Shown here piece after piece: positions 12,967 through 24,547 of a stretch of DNA of 64,000 bases. Each line of letters starts with the position of its first letter. The first letter of the stretch is position 1. The translations under genes and the position numbers were made by a program. The stretch spans positions 2,046,001-2,110,000 of the forward strand of contig MU058444.1 of the NCBI GenBank assembly GCA_013265495.1, in the 5' to 3' direction. A model generated the notes under the pieces. It made no database searches. It was not told the origin of the DNA and was given only the letters and a program-made list of their open reading frames with translations. Source of the DNA: Vicugna vicugna. Its lineage: Eukaryota.

Positions 12967-14269
12967 CTGCACAGTCATGGGGAGGGGGGTTCAAATGATC
13001 TGCTTTGTTCACAAAAATAAGATCCCCCCACCGTCCAGCAATGTCCACACCCATCTTCCCATTTGGTCCCAAATTTTCTTTCCTTTTCCACTTCAAATGT
13101 ACCCAAAGCACTGACAGTGGGCAGGACAGGGATGGGAAAGAGACAACTTAGCAAGTAAACCGAGGAGATACAGTTACCACCCCAACCACTCAACGCAAAA
13201 GGGAGACCTTTGAGGTCTCGGAAATGTCCAGTACCTTTATGATTAGCAATCAATGTTCAAATATTTTAAGGTTACTGAAACAAACAATGCCTTCTTCATT
13301 TTTCTCATTATCCCTGGGATTCATCTGTTACTTCCTACTGACGAGTATCAAGGACAATGACTTTTCAAAAGAGACTTATATTTTTAAAAAACCATTATCG
13401 TACAGAGAATCAGAATTACATTTTGCTAGGCCAACTAACTACCAAGTAACCAATTAAACTCTGCAAGCTTCTAGCTCTCGAGTCCCTTCCTGACAATCCA
13501 GGGCCTTTGTCTTCCAGTAAACGGAGTCTCTGTGTCCTGCACAGAGATATCCCATACCCCCTCTCAAAAGTCTCTTCTGCTTGGTCTGCAAAAGCCGCCG
13601 GCAAGGTATTTTAAGCGGCGTGGACTATATTGCCACCTCACACTGCCGCCCAGTTGTGTCTGGGGACCACTGAGATATGAATCGGACTTTAAAGAAGGAT
13701 CCCTAAGACACGGGAGCATATTTTCCAGTGTTTTCCGTCATGGTTTAGAAAAAGATGGGAGCCACATCTTACAAGTAAAATGATATTTGGGGTTCACGAT
13801 CTCTAGGGAGGAGGCAAACCTTTCATCCAGGGCAGACAGGCTCACAGGGGCTGTGACCTGCACCACATGACCTATGATACAGTGCGGAGTGGGTGGCTGA
13901 CTCTTGAAAATTAGGTTTCACGTTAGAATTGAGATTTCCGAGTTCTTCTGCAAGTCAGCTGACGATGTGGCGACAGGGGCCCGGCCCCTGCGTGGCACTG
14001 ATCTGCGCCCTTCGAGGTGCACGTGCTCCCCCAGCCCAGGGCCGTCACAGCTGCATGGCCGGGTCCCTGCTCTGAGGGGGACCCTGTCCCATCCAGCTCG
14101 CTTCCTGCGTTTATGCTGCCTATCGAGTCCCTTGGGCATCAAATGTGGGCCAGCCAGGTCCCAGTGATGTCAAAGAGGGGGTGGTTTTCGGGGAGCTTGG
14201 CTATTCTAAGTACAGTCACAACAAACTCGAGAGCCACCAACAGGCAACGAAGGGGGACGCAGGCATCAC

Positions 14270-14431
14270 CTTCTTATTCAGGGTCTTCCACCGCGTACTG
14301 GCATCGTCCAGGTCCCGCTCCAGAGTCTGGGTGCTCGCGCCCTTGGCCGCACTCTGAATGAGGCCTTGACCCAGCCAGTTCACATCCTGCTGCTTGACCT
14401 GCAAGGGTTCAATCTCTTCTTTCTGGAAGAC
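14270..14431 (-). CDS. DST: Dystonin exon VFQKEEIE...TLNKK (162 nt)
   Basis: ctgcag acceptor, AAG|gtgatg donor, phase 0-0. Confidence 0.95.
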
Positions 14432-17343
14432 CTGCAGTCGGAAGAGCAACAGTTACATGAATTGTAGGCCTAACAAGCAGCCCACAGAACAGCTGCTCAT
14501 CAGGAGATCAAGGCAAGCTCTGCTGCCTACTCACATGTTGCTGCTGCCCTGCGAAGAACTGTAAGAGAATGAGCTAAATACAAATTCACAGTGTTATCAA
14601 AACCACTCAGGAATAGTAAAGGATGACACTCCAAGTGCATTTAATCAGATTACCTATGAAACCAAGAGAAGAGTACATAAGACTTCTCTCCATCGCTTCA
14701 TTATCATAGCACTAGGAATTTCCCATCATTCCAGTTTAACTCTAGTAAAAAACGTACAGAAAATGCTAAGGAGCAAAATGATACGATGGGCCCTAACAGG
14801 CTCTCGAAGGACGCCTGCTGCTTGCTGGCAAATGACACTCAAATTGGAAGTGGGATCCACTCACAAGATGATGAGGCGAACTGGAGGGGCCAAATATCGG
14901 GACAGGAACAGAAAAATGGTGCAAGCGGGCACTGGAATAGTGTGAATCCCTGCACATCCACCCTTCAGGGTCTGTCAAGACGCCAATGGGCGTGGCTTGC
15001 AAGCAACACAGAGACCTCCCCTCCTGGACCTGATCACACATCACCAGCACAGCAACTCTGGTCGCTCTCCGGTCACCGCCTGCACGGTCAGTGGTTTTCC
15101 AGCAGCCTCCCTAACGACTCTCCATCCCATCCAATTTGCAGGCCCCGTTGCCCGTAACTGGCGAAAGACCTAATTAACGTGTTAGACTAAAACGCAAGTT
15201 TCATGAAAGCACAGATTCCTTTTTCCCTTATAGCAAGCCCATGCCCAAGACCCACCACAGTACCAAGCTTGTAATTATTTGCCAAATGATTACCAGCATC
15301 GAAAATTTTATTTATACCTTGAGGTGAATGAGGATAAGTCCTCCACAGATAGTACAGGGGAGGCACATCGACTCTTTCACAGATAATACAAACGTTCTTA
15401 GCATGGGGCTTGAAGGAGGCCATGAGGGGAATCAGTTAGCTTAACTGAGGAAGGCAAGTTTCAGCTGGATGACAAGGCAAGACAAGGTGTGGGGCACTGA
15501 GTCATTACACTCCAGGCCACGATGTAAATACACTGACAGTCCAGGTGAATGAACAGTTAACACAGAATATATGTAAACACGATAAAAGCAGGTATCAAAA
15601 TGGTACTTGAAAAAAGTTATAGGCACAGTACGGGAACTAATTTTAAAAGACGCAGAGGCAGCAAGAGGTAAACTCCCCAGACTCTGGTCCAAGCCTAGCA
15701 CACTGGATACGTCCGTGCTACGGAGTGAATGAGGAAAGCAAGGAACAGCAAGCAAATAAGCAATCATCTCTTCTTAAAGTCCTCTCTCAGCAAAAAGCCC
15801 CAAAGTCTTCGTCCACAGAAAATCCGTACCATTTCCACACTGGTGAACTGTTTCTATATAACAATCCTAAATATACAAAGTCAATGACAGCTAAACAGGT
15901 AAGAATTCCCCAAATCACTGGGGAAAAAAAACATACGTTTTCATTTTTTTTTTAAAAAGGCATTAATTTCCCTATTAAGTCAATAGAAACTTACAGCGAG
16001 GTAGCAAAAACAGAGTTTGGCACTATGACTGATTCTACAATTTTTCTTTACCACTTTTTAAGTTACTACTTCTCGAACTAACAGCTGTAGACAGGTTTTA
16101 CTACTTACAGAAAAAGAGGGGAAGGAAGAAAACTGCTACATTTTTAATTCCAGGGACTTGTCTGGTATCTAAGAATTCAGGGGAACGTTTTATTCTCCCT
16201 CGCAGCTCATTTTCAGGGCAAAAAGAAAAAAAAAACTAATAAAAATGATCCAGTAAATTGCCTTAACCTCTAGTCTTGGTTTTACAGAAATGAACAGAGG
16301 AGTTCTAGATGAGTTAGTGGTCATTTTCTAAACAGCTCCCCCCCCCCCCAATACACTAAGGGTTTAAAAAAAAAAAGACATCCACTAATTTATATACTCC
16401 TAAGAGTTCAATTACTTTCTACAAATCAACTGCAAAACCCTTCACAGGAAAAAAGGACTTTGCTGAGCTTTGAAACTAGCGTGCCATTTCACGCACACTC
16501 ACAGAAAAGGGCATCGCTGATAAGAGCGATGATTTCACAGACTGAGAACGGGAGCTTTTCTGGTATTGTCCAAATTCCTTATCTCTCAGTAACAAAATAC
16601 CTAGGGAGAGAGCCACTCCCCCAAATGGAACCCACAAGCACACAAACACAAGAGAAGCTTAAAATAAAACGCAATTACCTCTGAGGCAAAGTTTACCAGA
16701 AGAGCCTAGGAGAAAAGGACCAAATATAGCTGAACTTCAATCTAAGTGGGAAGAAAAAAATTACAGGCTGGACAGACAACCTCTCCTTATGACAAGGCTG
16801 CACCCTTTACTTTCTTACCTCACTCACCACTCACAGAAAGTCCGAATCTGTCACGACTGCAGAATAGGGTACGGGAACGTCTCCCCTCCCACACGCCCAG
16901 CCCCCGGGGGAACATTCTCAGCACATTTCCAAAGTCCTCACTCTGCGGGGAGCACTTCTCAGACCACAACAATATAACACTGTGCTTGTACTCTCATGAC
17001 TAAGCCTGTTCGAGCTTAATAAATCCAATATAACTGCCCTTAAATGGCAGGGTCTTAGACCACAATTTGTGTAAAAGCCCAAGGTTGACAAAGATCCACA
17101 GTGGAGGCATTCTAAGTGACGGGGGACAGCCACCATTTCCACCATCAGTAGCGGGACTCTATGAACAGCTGGGAATGATCCTTCTCAAAGACGGTCCCCT
17201 AGTTAATCTGTTGTCTTGGTCAACTGAGCAACAGCTACCATCTTGGAGGGTACCAGTCAAGCCCCGCCCCCAATAAAAGACCAGACTGATCATTATTAGA
17301 AACACCAGTGACCCCTTTACAACAGAACCACAGACTTTCGGTA

Positions 17344-18663
17344 TCATAGTTCCCCATTCTCACTAATTACCTGACCGGAGGGAAAGCCGTTACAGACGGT
17401 ATCCAATATTCCCACCTGCGCCCTTGTTTTTCTGGGAGCCGCTTTCCTTTTTACCGCTCTGAATTTCGGGGAGCACTCCATATAGATCACCTCCATCTCC
17501 TGGTCAGAAAGGGACACCTCCATTTCCTCTTTAGATGCGACGCTGGATTCTTCTGAATCACAATGTGTCAAGAGTGTCAGGTTTTCCACTAAACTTGCAC
17601 TACCATGATCTCCATCATTTCCCCCCAGATCAGGGTGAGACAGAGCCAAGTCCTCGGGAGACCCTCCCATCAGCTCCCTCCTGTGTGCTGCGATGTGGAA
17701 TTCCCCCGATCTGTATGTCTTCCCTTCTTCTCCAGGGTTAGAAATACACTTGCTTTCCCCATCTCTTGTGCCAAGAGATGGGTCACACTGAACGGTGCTC
17801 TCTCTGAAATCGTGCCTCAGGCAGCAATTTTCAGCCCAGATCCCCCTTGGACCGTGTGCATGTTTTGTTTCCTCTAGTGGGAAAGCCTCCTGTAAGATCA
17901 GTTTGAAGTTCTCGTCGGGGTGGGCGCTTCCACACGAAAGCAGGGGCATCTGGTGTTCGCTGACGGAACTGGCAGAAAAAAAGGGTGCCTGTTGCTCCGC
18001 TGTGTGAATGTCTTCAGCCGAAGACAGGCTTCTCATGTGTGACTGGTCTCCAGTTAAAATGCCCTGTTTTTCTTCCCTCTCTGCCGGAGGGCTGCACAAC
18101 CCGGAGTCCTCCTCCTCCGACGTGAGGGAGTTAGTCCCCCACCTGCACCTGCCCACCTTGGTTACAGCATCTGACACATCAGTAGGTTCCACAAAAGAGC
18201 TTTCACTTTTGTTCGCGTAATCCATCAGATTGGCTGGAACAAACATTCGCCAGGACCGTCTGTGCTCTCTCTTTTCCGCGTGGGGTTTGGCTTTGGGTAA
18301 CCCTGCCGTTCGGACAATATCGCTATTGAGCTTGAGGGCATCAAAGATCATCTTTTCATCTAGCTTGTGGGCTTCACGGCCTCTGAGCTCAAACACGCTG
18401 GAGGGAGCCAGGGCACCGTTGGAGCACAGAGAGCTCACGTCCAGTGTTCGGTGACTGTAGGGCAGAGTCCTGTCTGTAAAATGCCTGGAGGACAGGCTCC
18501 CTTTGGAACCAGAGTCGATCTGCTCGTTCAGCCTGACCGTGTCATAGATGGAGCGCTGCGGGACGTAACAGTCCTCGATGTTCAGGTCCTCCTCTTCCTC
18601 ACCCTTCCCCATACATGGGGGATTCTGACGTAAACAGTCCGGCCTGCTCAGTGGCTTCCCCAT
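17344..18663 (-). CDS. Intronic 439-aa ORF, KIAA0754-like; candidate nested gene or alternative first coding exon of DST
   Basis: ATG at 18663 in gtcATGG context. The N-terminus MGKPLSRPDCLRQNP...EDCYVPQRSIYDTVRLNEQID...KLDEKMIFDALKL resembles KIAA0754 as I recall it. In-frame CAG|gtaatt donor at 17371. Confidence 0.8.
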   Translation of the reverse strand: MGKPLSRPDCLRQNPPCMGKGEEEEDLNIEDCYVPQRSIYDTVRLNEQIDSGSKGSLSSRHFTDRTLPYSHRTLDVSSLCSNGALAPSSVFELRGREAHKLDEKMIFDALKLNSDIVRTAGLPKAKPHAEKREHRRSWRMFVPANLMDYANKSESSFVEPTDVSDAVTKVGRCRWGTNSLTSEEEDSGLCSPPAEREEKQGILTGDQSHMRSLSSAEDIHTAEQQAPFFSASSVSEHQMPLLSCGSAHPDENFKLILQEAFPLEETKHAHGPRGIWAENCCLRHDFRESTVQCDPSLGTRDGESKCISNPGEEGKTYRSGEFHIAAHRRELMGGSPEDLALSHPDLGGNDGDHGSASLVENLTLLTHCDSEESSVASKEEMEVSLSDQEMEVIYMECSPKFRAVKRKAAPRKTRAQVGILDTVCNGFPSGQVISENGEL

Positions 18664-19599
18664 GACGAAGACAGTCAAAACAAATATTGCAGCTCTCGAC
18701 ACAGACAGCAGGAAATAAGGCAGAGCATCTTGCAGCAAAGCTCGCTTCTGAACAGAACTATCGAGTGTCTTCAGCACCAAGACACATCTCAAATAGCACA
18801 GGTTGGAAGCGACGAGCGGCTGAAGGCCAGCATCAGTGCACCAGTCTAAGTGTAACTATCCCTTTACCTGGTTGTTTCAGAGTGAGTCTAAAAAACAAAG
18901 TGCCTCAACAACAGAGAACAGAACGCTCCTTCCTCCCCTCCCCCCAGCCTCCCAAGTTCCCTTTCACACACTCCGAAACACAGAAAAAAAAAAAAAGAAA
19001 ACAAATAAACACTTAACAGTGGCTCAAACACTCAGGACATTCCATTGTCAGTCTATTTCCCTTTTTATTCTAATTTTGCAGCTGAGATTTCCAGACTAAA
19101 ATTTCCAAGCAAGCATCCCAGCAGGCTGAACGCGACTTTCAGCAGCGCTCTGGTTAACTGTAATCCACTTAAAGATGGCTTGCAAAACTCCATCTCTTTC
19201 TTTTATAAATAAACCAAGGTTCCGAAACTTAAAAGGCAAACGCAGGGACCACGTATTGTTCAGAGGAAGGCACAGAACAAGTCTTCAGAGAAAAAAATAA
19301 GTTAAGTCTAACGCTGTAAGAAAGTTAAACTTTTCTTCTCCTTGTTTTGGGAGTAGCTATAAATAATCCTGATTCAAAGGCAGTTTCTCTTCCCATATTA
19401 AGCTTCGTCGAGGCTATTCAGAACCACCCGAAGGGGGAAAAAATAGACTTTTTGGACGGCCAAGCCAGTACAATCCAGCAACCGTTTAAAGTAAACAGAA
19501 AGCCTGGTGAACTATAAATTCCCCTTTTTAAAAAAAAGCCATTTTCAGGGTCTTATCTGAGCCTCCTTAAGACGACTCATTCCACCTGAGGCAACTGCA

Positions 19600-20300
19600 G
19601 CACAGAAGAGCTCCGGGCTCCCTCTAAGGCACGGGCAGAGCTGGGGAAGCGCGCCGACTCCCGCGTCTGAAGGGGACCGGCTGCGGCCGCAGCGCCGCTC
19701 GCATCGCAGCCGGAGCCGGAGGGAGGAGGCGGCGGCGGCGGCGCCGGCGGCCGCAGAGGAGGGCGGCCCGGCGCCCCCGCGCCCCGGCGCTCCGCGCTCC
19801 GCGCCGCATCCGCTCCGCGCGCCCCCCGCTCCCGCTCGGCCGCTACGCGCTCCCGCGCCTGGGCTCCGCAGGCATCTCCCCGGACTCCCGGCGCGGCCCG
19901 GCCCCCGCCAGCCCCTCAGGGGGAGGGACCCCGGGGCCGCGGCGCTGCGATGCAAACGCCTGCTGGTGACATCAGCGCGAAGCAGCCCCGGTGCTGGAAC
20001 TGGGGAGAGGGCGGCGCGGGTTCACCGCTCGCCCGGCGCCACCGCCGGCTTCTAACCCGGGAGGGGAGGGGAGCGGAGGGAGGGCTTGGGAGAGATTGGG
20101 AGAGGAGGGGAGGGGAGGGGTTGGAGAGGATAGGGGTGGGGTCGGGAGGGGAGGGACGGGCGAGCAGAGGCGGAACCTGACACCCGGAGCCCCGCCGGGG
20201 GCCGCGCCCACGTGGATCCTGAACGGCGAGAGGAGCTAACCGGTCCCCATCCTTCTGCGGAAGCCACACTCCCGTGCGCTGAGGTCGCGGGCTCCCAGAC
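19600..20300. promoter_or_regulatory. Intragenic CpG island / internal promoter
   Basis: Very GC- and CpG-dense, with GC-box-like motifs, GGC repeats, a purine/G-run tract (~20060-20160) and a CACGTG E-box (~20209). Lies about 1 kb upstream of the intronic ORF. Confidence 0.85.
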
Positions 20301-23300
20301 GTTTAGTATCTGCGATGCAGAGCGCACAACACTTTGAAGCCGAAAATGTGTCATTTTTGTAAAAGCCCAAGTTCAAGTTCAACTGTTCGCCAAGGTAAAC
20401 AATCCCTGAGGGCACGGAGCCCTGCGCACCGCGGACACGAATGTTAATAGTTAGTACTAACCATGCCGTCCTTCTGAGTTTGGTGCAGGACACGGGCGAA
20501 GATCAAGGGCAGTTAAGTGACTGCATATTTAATAAACAAAATCACATCCACAGATTTCTATCTACTAAACAAACACTCTTTAAAAGCACCGTTTAAAATA
20601 AACTCAGCAAGACAAACTTTAACCTTGTGTGTGGGGGGGAGGAGATTAATAGTTTTATTTAAATAAAATAAAATCTATCCATCCTTTACGAAATAAGCAA
20701 CACTGTCAGAATAGCAGATAGAGGACAGATTTTTTTTTTCTCAATCTCACAAGATAATCATTTGAACATAAGTAAAACTGTGCTGATCCCAAGTGAAGAC
20801 AGTTCTAGTAAAAACAACCATTTCCTTTCTCTGGTGATTTTACAGAAAAGATGTGGGAGGGAACTTTTGTACCTTTCATAAGAAAATATTATTCCAAAAT
20901 GATTTTTATAACCCTAAGAACTGAATCTTTTAAAAATAAAATCCATCTGTAACCAGAACTCTAGAGGTAACACACCCATTCAACAGTTATTAGATGCAAC
21001 TCAGTACGTGGCCATCATTACGCTGGAAAAATATATACACAGCCATCTGTAAGGAAAAATATAATCAACTACCCGGCAACGTCACAATAGCGATGCCCAC
21101 TTTTCACAGACAAGAAGTGAAATATTTCAACAAGCATGTGACCCTGTGGTGTTTGAGCACACAGGCTGTTCCGACGTGTTGATTACAAGACAGAAAAAGG
21201 TGCCCACAGTTACCACGTTTGAACAGTGGGTTGGACACGAGGCAAACACTAAAGGTTTGACGACTGACTGTCACTACCTTGCTATGTAAACCTGAAAAGC
21301 TACTTATTCCTGGCTCTGTGAATAGTAACATTTCCACAGAATGTGGACAGCTGCCTTTCTCCAAACATTCTGAGAGCCTCACTGAACTTTTCCTAAGAAA
21401 GAATGTCTCTGATTCAGCCCACCTTAGACTCCTAACTCTGAATCATGAACATGATTCTGTTCCAGTCTTCCAGCCTTATGTAGAGCTAAGAAGACCGACC
21501 TCACGTTGGCGGCGGGCAGCACATTTTTAAAACTGCACAGATAATTCGTGCATAAATTCAACCACTCCTCAGACAGTGCCTACTCTCTGCCAAACAGCCC
21601 GGTGAGCACTGGCCAAGTGCAGGTGCACCACCGTCCCTGCACAACTGACAGCGCAGTGGAGGAAAGGGATGGGACAATGGGCGCAGTACGGCCAGGGAGC
21701 AGGGAAGGCTGCGGGAGAATGTCCTCCAGTAGATGATGTTTAAGCACACGCCATTTATTTAATAACTGAGTTCCTATTTCATTAAACTGATTTCAACTAA
21801 CCCTACCAACGATGATCCCAATAATTCTGATTCAAGTTGAAATGTGTCCTGTTAATATTATATTGGTATTTATGACAGCCGCCTCAATATTTCTCTTTGT
21901 GACTTGGTATCAGATCCCAAAGATCTATCTGAATAACATAAAAGAACTCATAGTTAGGGCAGAACTGGAGTGGTTTCTCTTTTCTTCCTAAATTTGATTT
22001 ATAACTGCTCTAATGTTAATAAAAGTAAGATGTATTAAACTGTTTTCAATATTAATCATGATGCCTAGATCTCTCATATTTTCGTGAAAGAAATACACAA
22101 TGAATATAATGAGCAACGTTTTTCGGACGAGTCGTCAGTAAGCACTATTTCACACATACGGAAATCACAGTGTTAAACTGTTCTCAGAACGTAACTTGAC
22201 CTACTCGACACAGCCTACGAGCAGCTGGATGTTATCCAGCTACGGTATCTTCTATAGGCAGGTGATTTTGGAAAAGCATACAAATACTAACTGAATTATA
22301 AGCAGAATGGTACCCCTTTCTCATTTTAAAGCTCTAAAATGAAATTAAATCTTTCAAAATGAAAAGTTCCTGAAAAATCTTCCCACTAAGTACAATGACC
22401 CACTTGACAGAAAAGTTAAAAGGCCAAATTTATCCACTGAAACATGAAGTTTTTGGAGCTGAAAGGCTGGAGATATTAGGAAACTCAAGTGCAGTTAAGT
22501 GGGAAATATCTGTAGGAGTAAATTATTATCTGTAAAACCTGACAAAAATATCTTCCTAGCCTACCAGATGCTGAAATCCGGCTTAGAAGCCAAGCAAGAG
22601 ACGTGTGGGGTCTTTGCTGTGAGCACAAAAACCAGGCCTTTGGAGCAACAATTTCTATTACTCCTTCTAAAATAGATATGCCATTAGCTAAGGAAAGCAG
22701 AAAGCATCCTATGTTTTTAGTTTTCAAACTGATAAACTTCTTCACAGAAGTGGGTCAAGCGTTTTCAAGGCTATTTAGCAGATAAATATGCAATCGCTAT
22801 TTATTTCAGGGGAAAATAATTCCTATTTGAACGAAAGCGGGATATTCAGACCCCACAACAAAAGCAAACAAATTCAGACACTTAACAGGTTCACCGTGTG
22901 ATCTTGCTGGGAATTTGTCTTGATAAACTCCTTTTCTTTCTGTGTTACCATCACAGCCTTTCCCTATCCGAGCTATTATTAAATGAATGATTAGAGACCT
23001 AGATAAACGTTTAAAAAAGTCAGATTTGCTTATCAAGAAACCAACGTATAATTGCAAAAACAAAGCGAATCCCTCCCTCTCCGTTCCTATCTCTCTCACA
23101 CACAGACAACCGCATCTTGAAGCAACTTTGCAAATACGATCCCAGTGACGGTAAGGCAGCCCCTGCTGAGTACCAGGGAAATAGCTGTTCTGTCTCAGAA
23201 CTACTCTGAAGGCAGCTTATTCTACATTACGAAAAACCGTTACAAGATTTTATCCACGACATCAGGTTAAACTCAAGCTACCACAGAGAGTCACGTCAAA

Positions 23301-23879
23301 CGCGATTATATTTCAAAGTCTACCATGAAAATAGACCCAGTTCTTCAGCTCTTCTCTGCTTCGTTTTTAGAAATTATTAAATAGCAAAACACGAGTCTTT
23401 CACTCGATACAAATTATGCCATTTAGAAAAATGTTTACGCCTCCCTAAAATAGGATGTCAAAACTAACGGTCAACAAAAGCTTATAGCCCGACAGAAACG
23501 AAATTAAGATGGAACTGAGTTGATCTACGGCTTCGATCAAGAAAGCCACAATCGCTGAGACGAGGAAACGTCCGGTGCTGTGGTGGTGGTCACCGACCTC
23601 AGCCCAGCATCCACACGTCTGTTCCCAGGGCGGTTTCACACACAGTCACCTCGTGGTCCCACAGCAGCCAGCTCTCCAGGACACGTTCCTCGGGTGAGCG
23701 TTCCTGCTGTTCCGGATTTAAATAAACAACGGCTGGTTGCTCAAAGCCACCCTAATCAGTTGATGGCAAAGACGATCTGAAAATTTCCCAGAGAAAATAG
23801 AAGAAGTGCCACAGGAGGAATAAAGTTTGGCCAAGACACTGCCTTACATCCGCCAAAACAGCCAGGCTCTGACGCTCAC

Positions 23880-24020
23880 CTGCTGTGGGACTCTGGGCAA
23901 GCCACTTACCCTCCCCAGGGGTCTGCTTCCTCACCGTAAAGTGGGGGTGACATTAACAGGATTACAGGCAGTCTAGGGTCACACTTGACACACAGTCAGC
24001 CCACAATTAATGTTAACTGT
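23880..24020 (+). mobile_element. MIR fragment
   Basis: CTGGGCAAGCCACTTACC...CTTCCTCACCGTAAAGTGGGG. Confidence 0.55.
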
Positions 24021-24465
24021 CGTGACTGTGATTTTTAGACCCTACGCACGCAAGCATACACACACAAAATAAAATTAATGACTGTGCAAGCTGCTATCTT
24101 TATTTATCATAACATGCTTGATTTTTGTTTGTTTGTTTTTACCTATGGCACTGGGATATGCCAAATGCAGGTGACTGTCCACTTGGCAAATCTTTATTTT
24201 AGTCACTGGGTCTCCAGATCCCGAAGGTATATCATGATATTCTTTGTTCCTGAATTTCATTAAAATCAATCAACTCCTTCCAAAATAATCAGAAAACAGA
24301 CAGTCACAGTCTAAAGTGGCTGAAGAGGACACGATCACCTTATTTTTCTTCACAATCAAAGAAAACAGTCACCATAACCATTAACGGTAAGGATGCGTAT
24401 TTAGTATGTTTCAGTTTGCAAAATGCTTCCAAAGCAATGGTGAGGGAACCCTTCCTCCTTCCTAA

Positions 24466-24547
24466 TTTTTTTTAATGGAAGTGCTGGGGATTGAACCCAG
24501 GACCCTGTATGTGCTTATCACGGGCTCTACCACTGAGTTACTCCCTC
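24466..24547 (-). mobile_element. tRNA-derived SINE, short form
   Basis: Reverse complement of the SINE head (GGGGATTGAACCCAGGACC...CTCTACCACTGAG). Confidence 0.82.

Noticed and set aside
18664..18792. 43-aa N-terminal extension of the 482-aa ORF in the track
   Set aside because: It starts at a TTG. The Kozak context, myristoylation motif and KIAA0754 similarity all begin at the ATG at 18663.
19545..20354. Several 60-136 aa ORFs across the CpG island
   Set aside because: Low-complexity Ala/Gly/Arg/Pro translations are expected from stop-poor GC-rich DNA, and none shows a recognisable domain.
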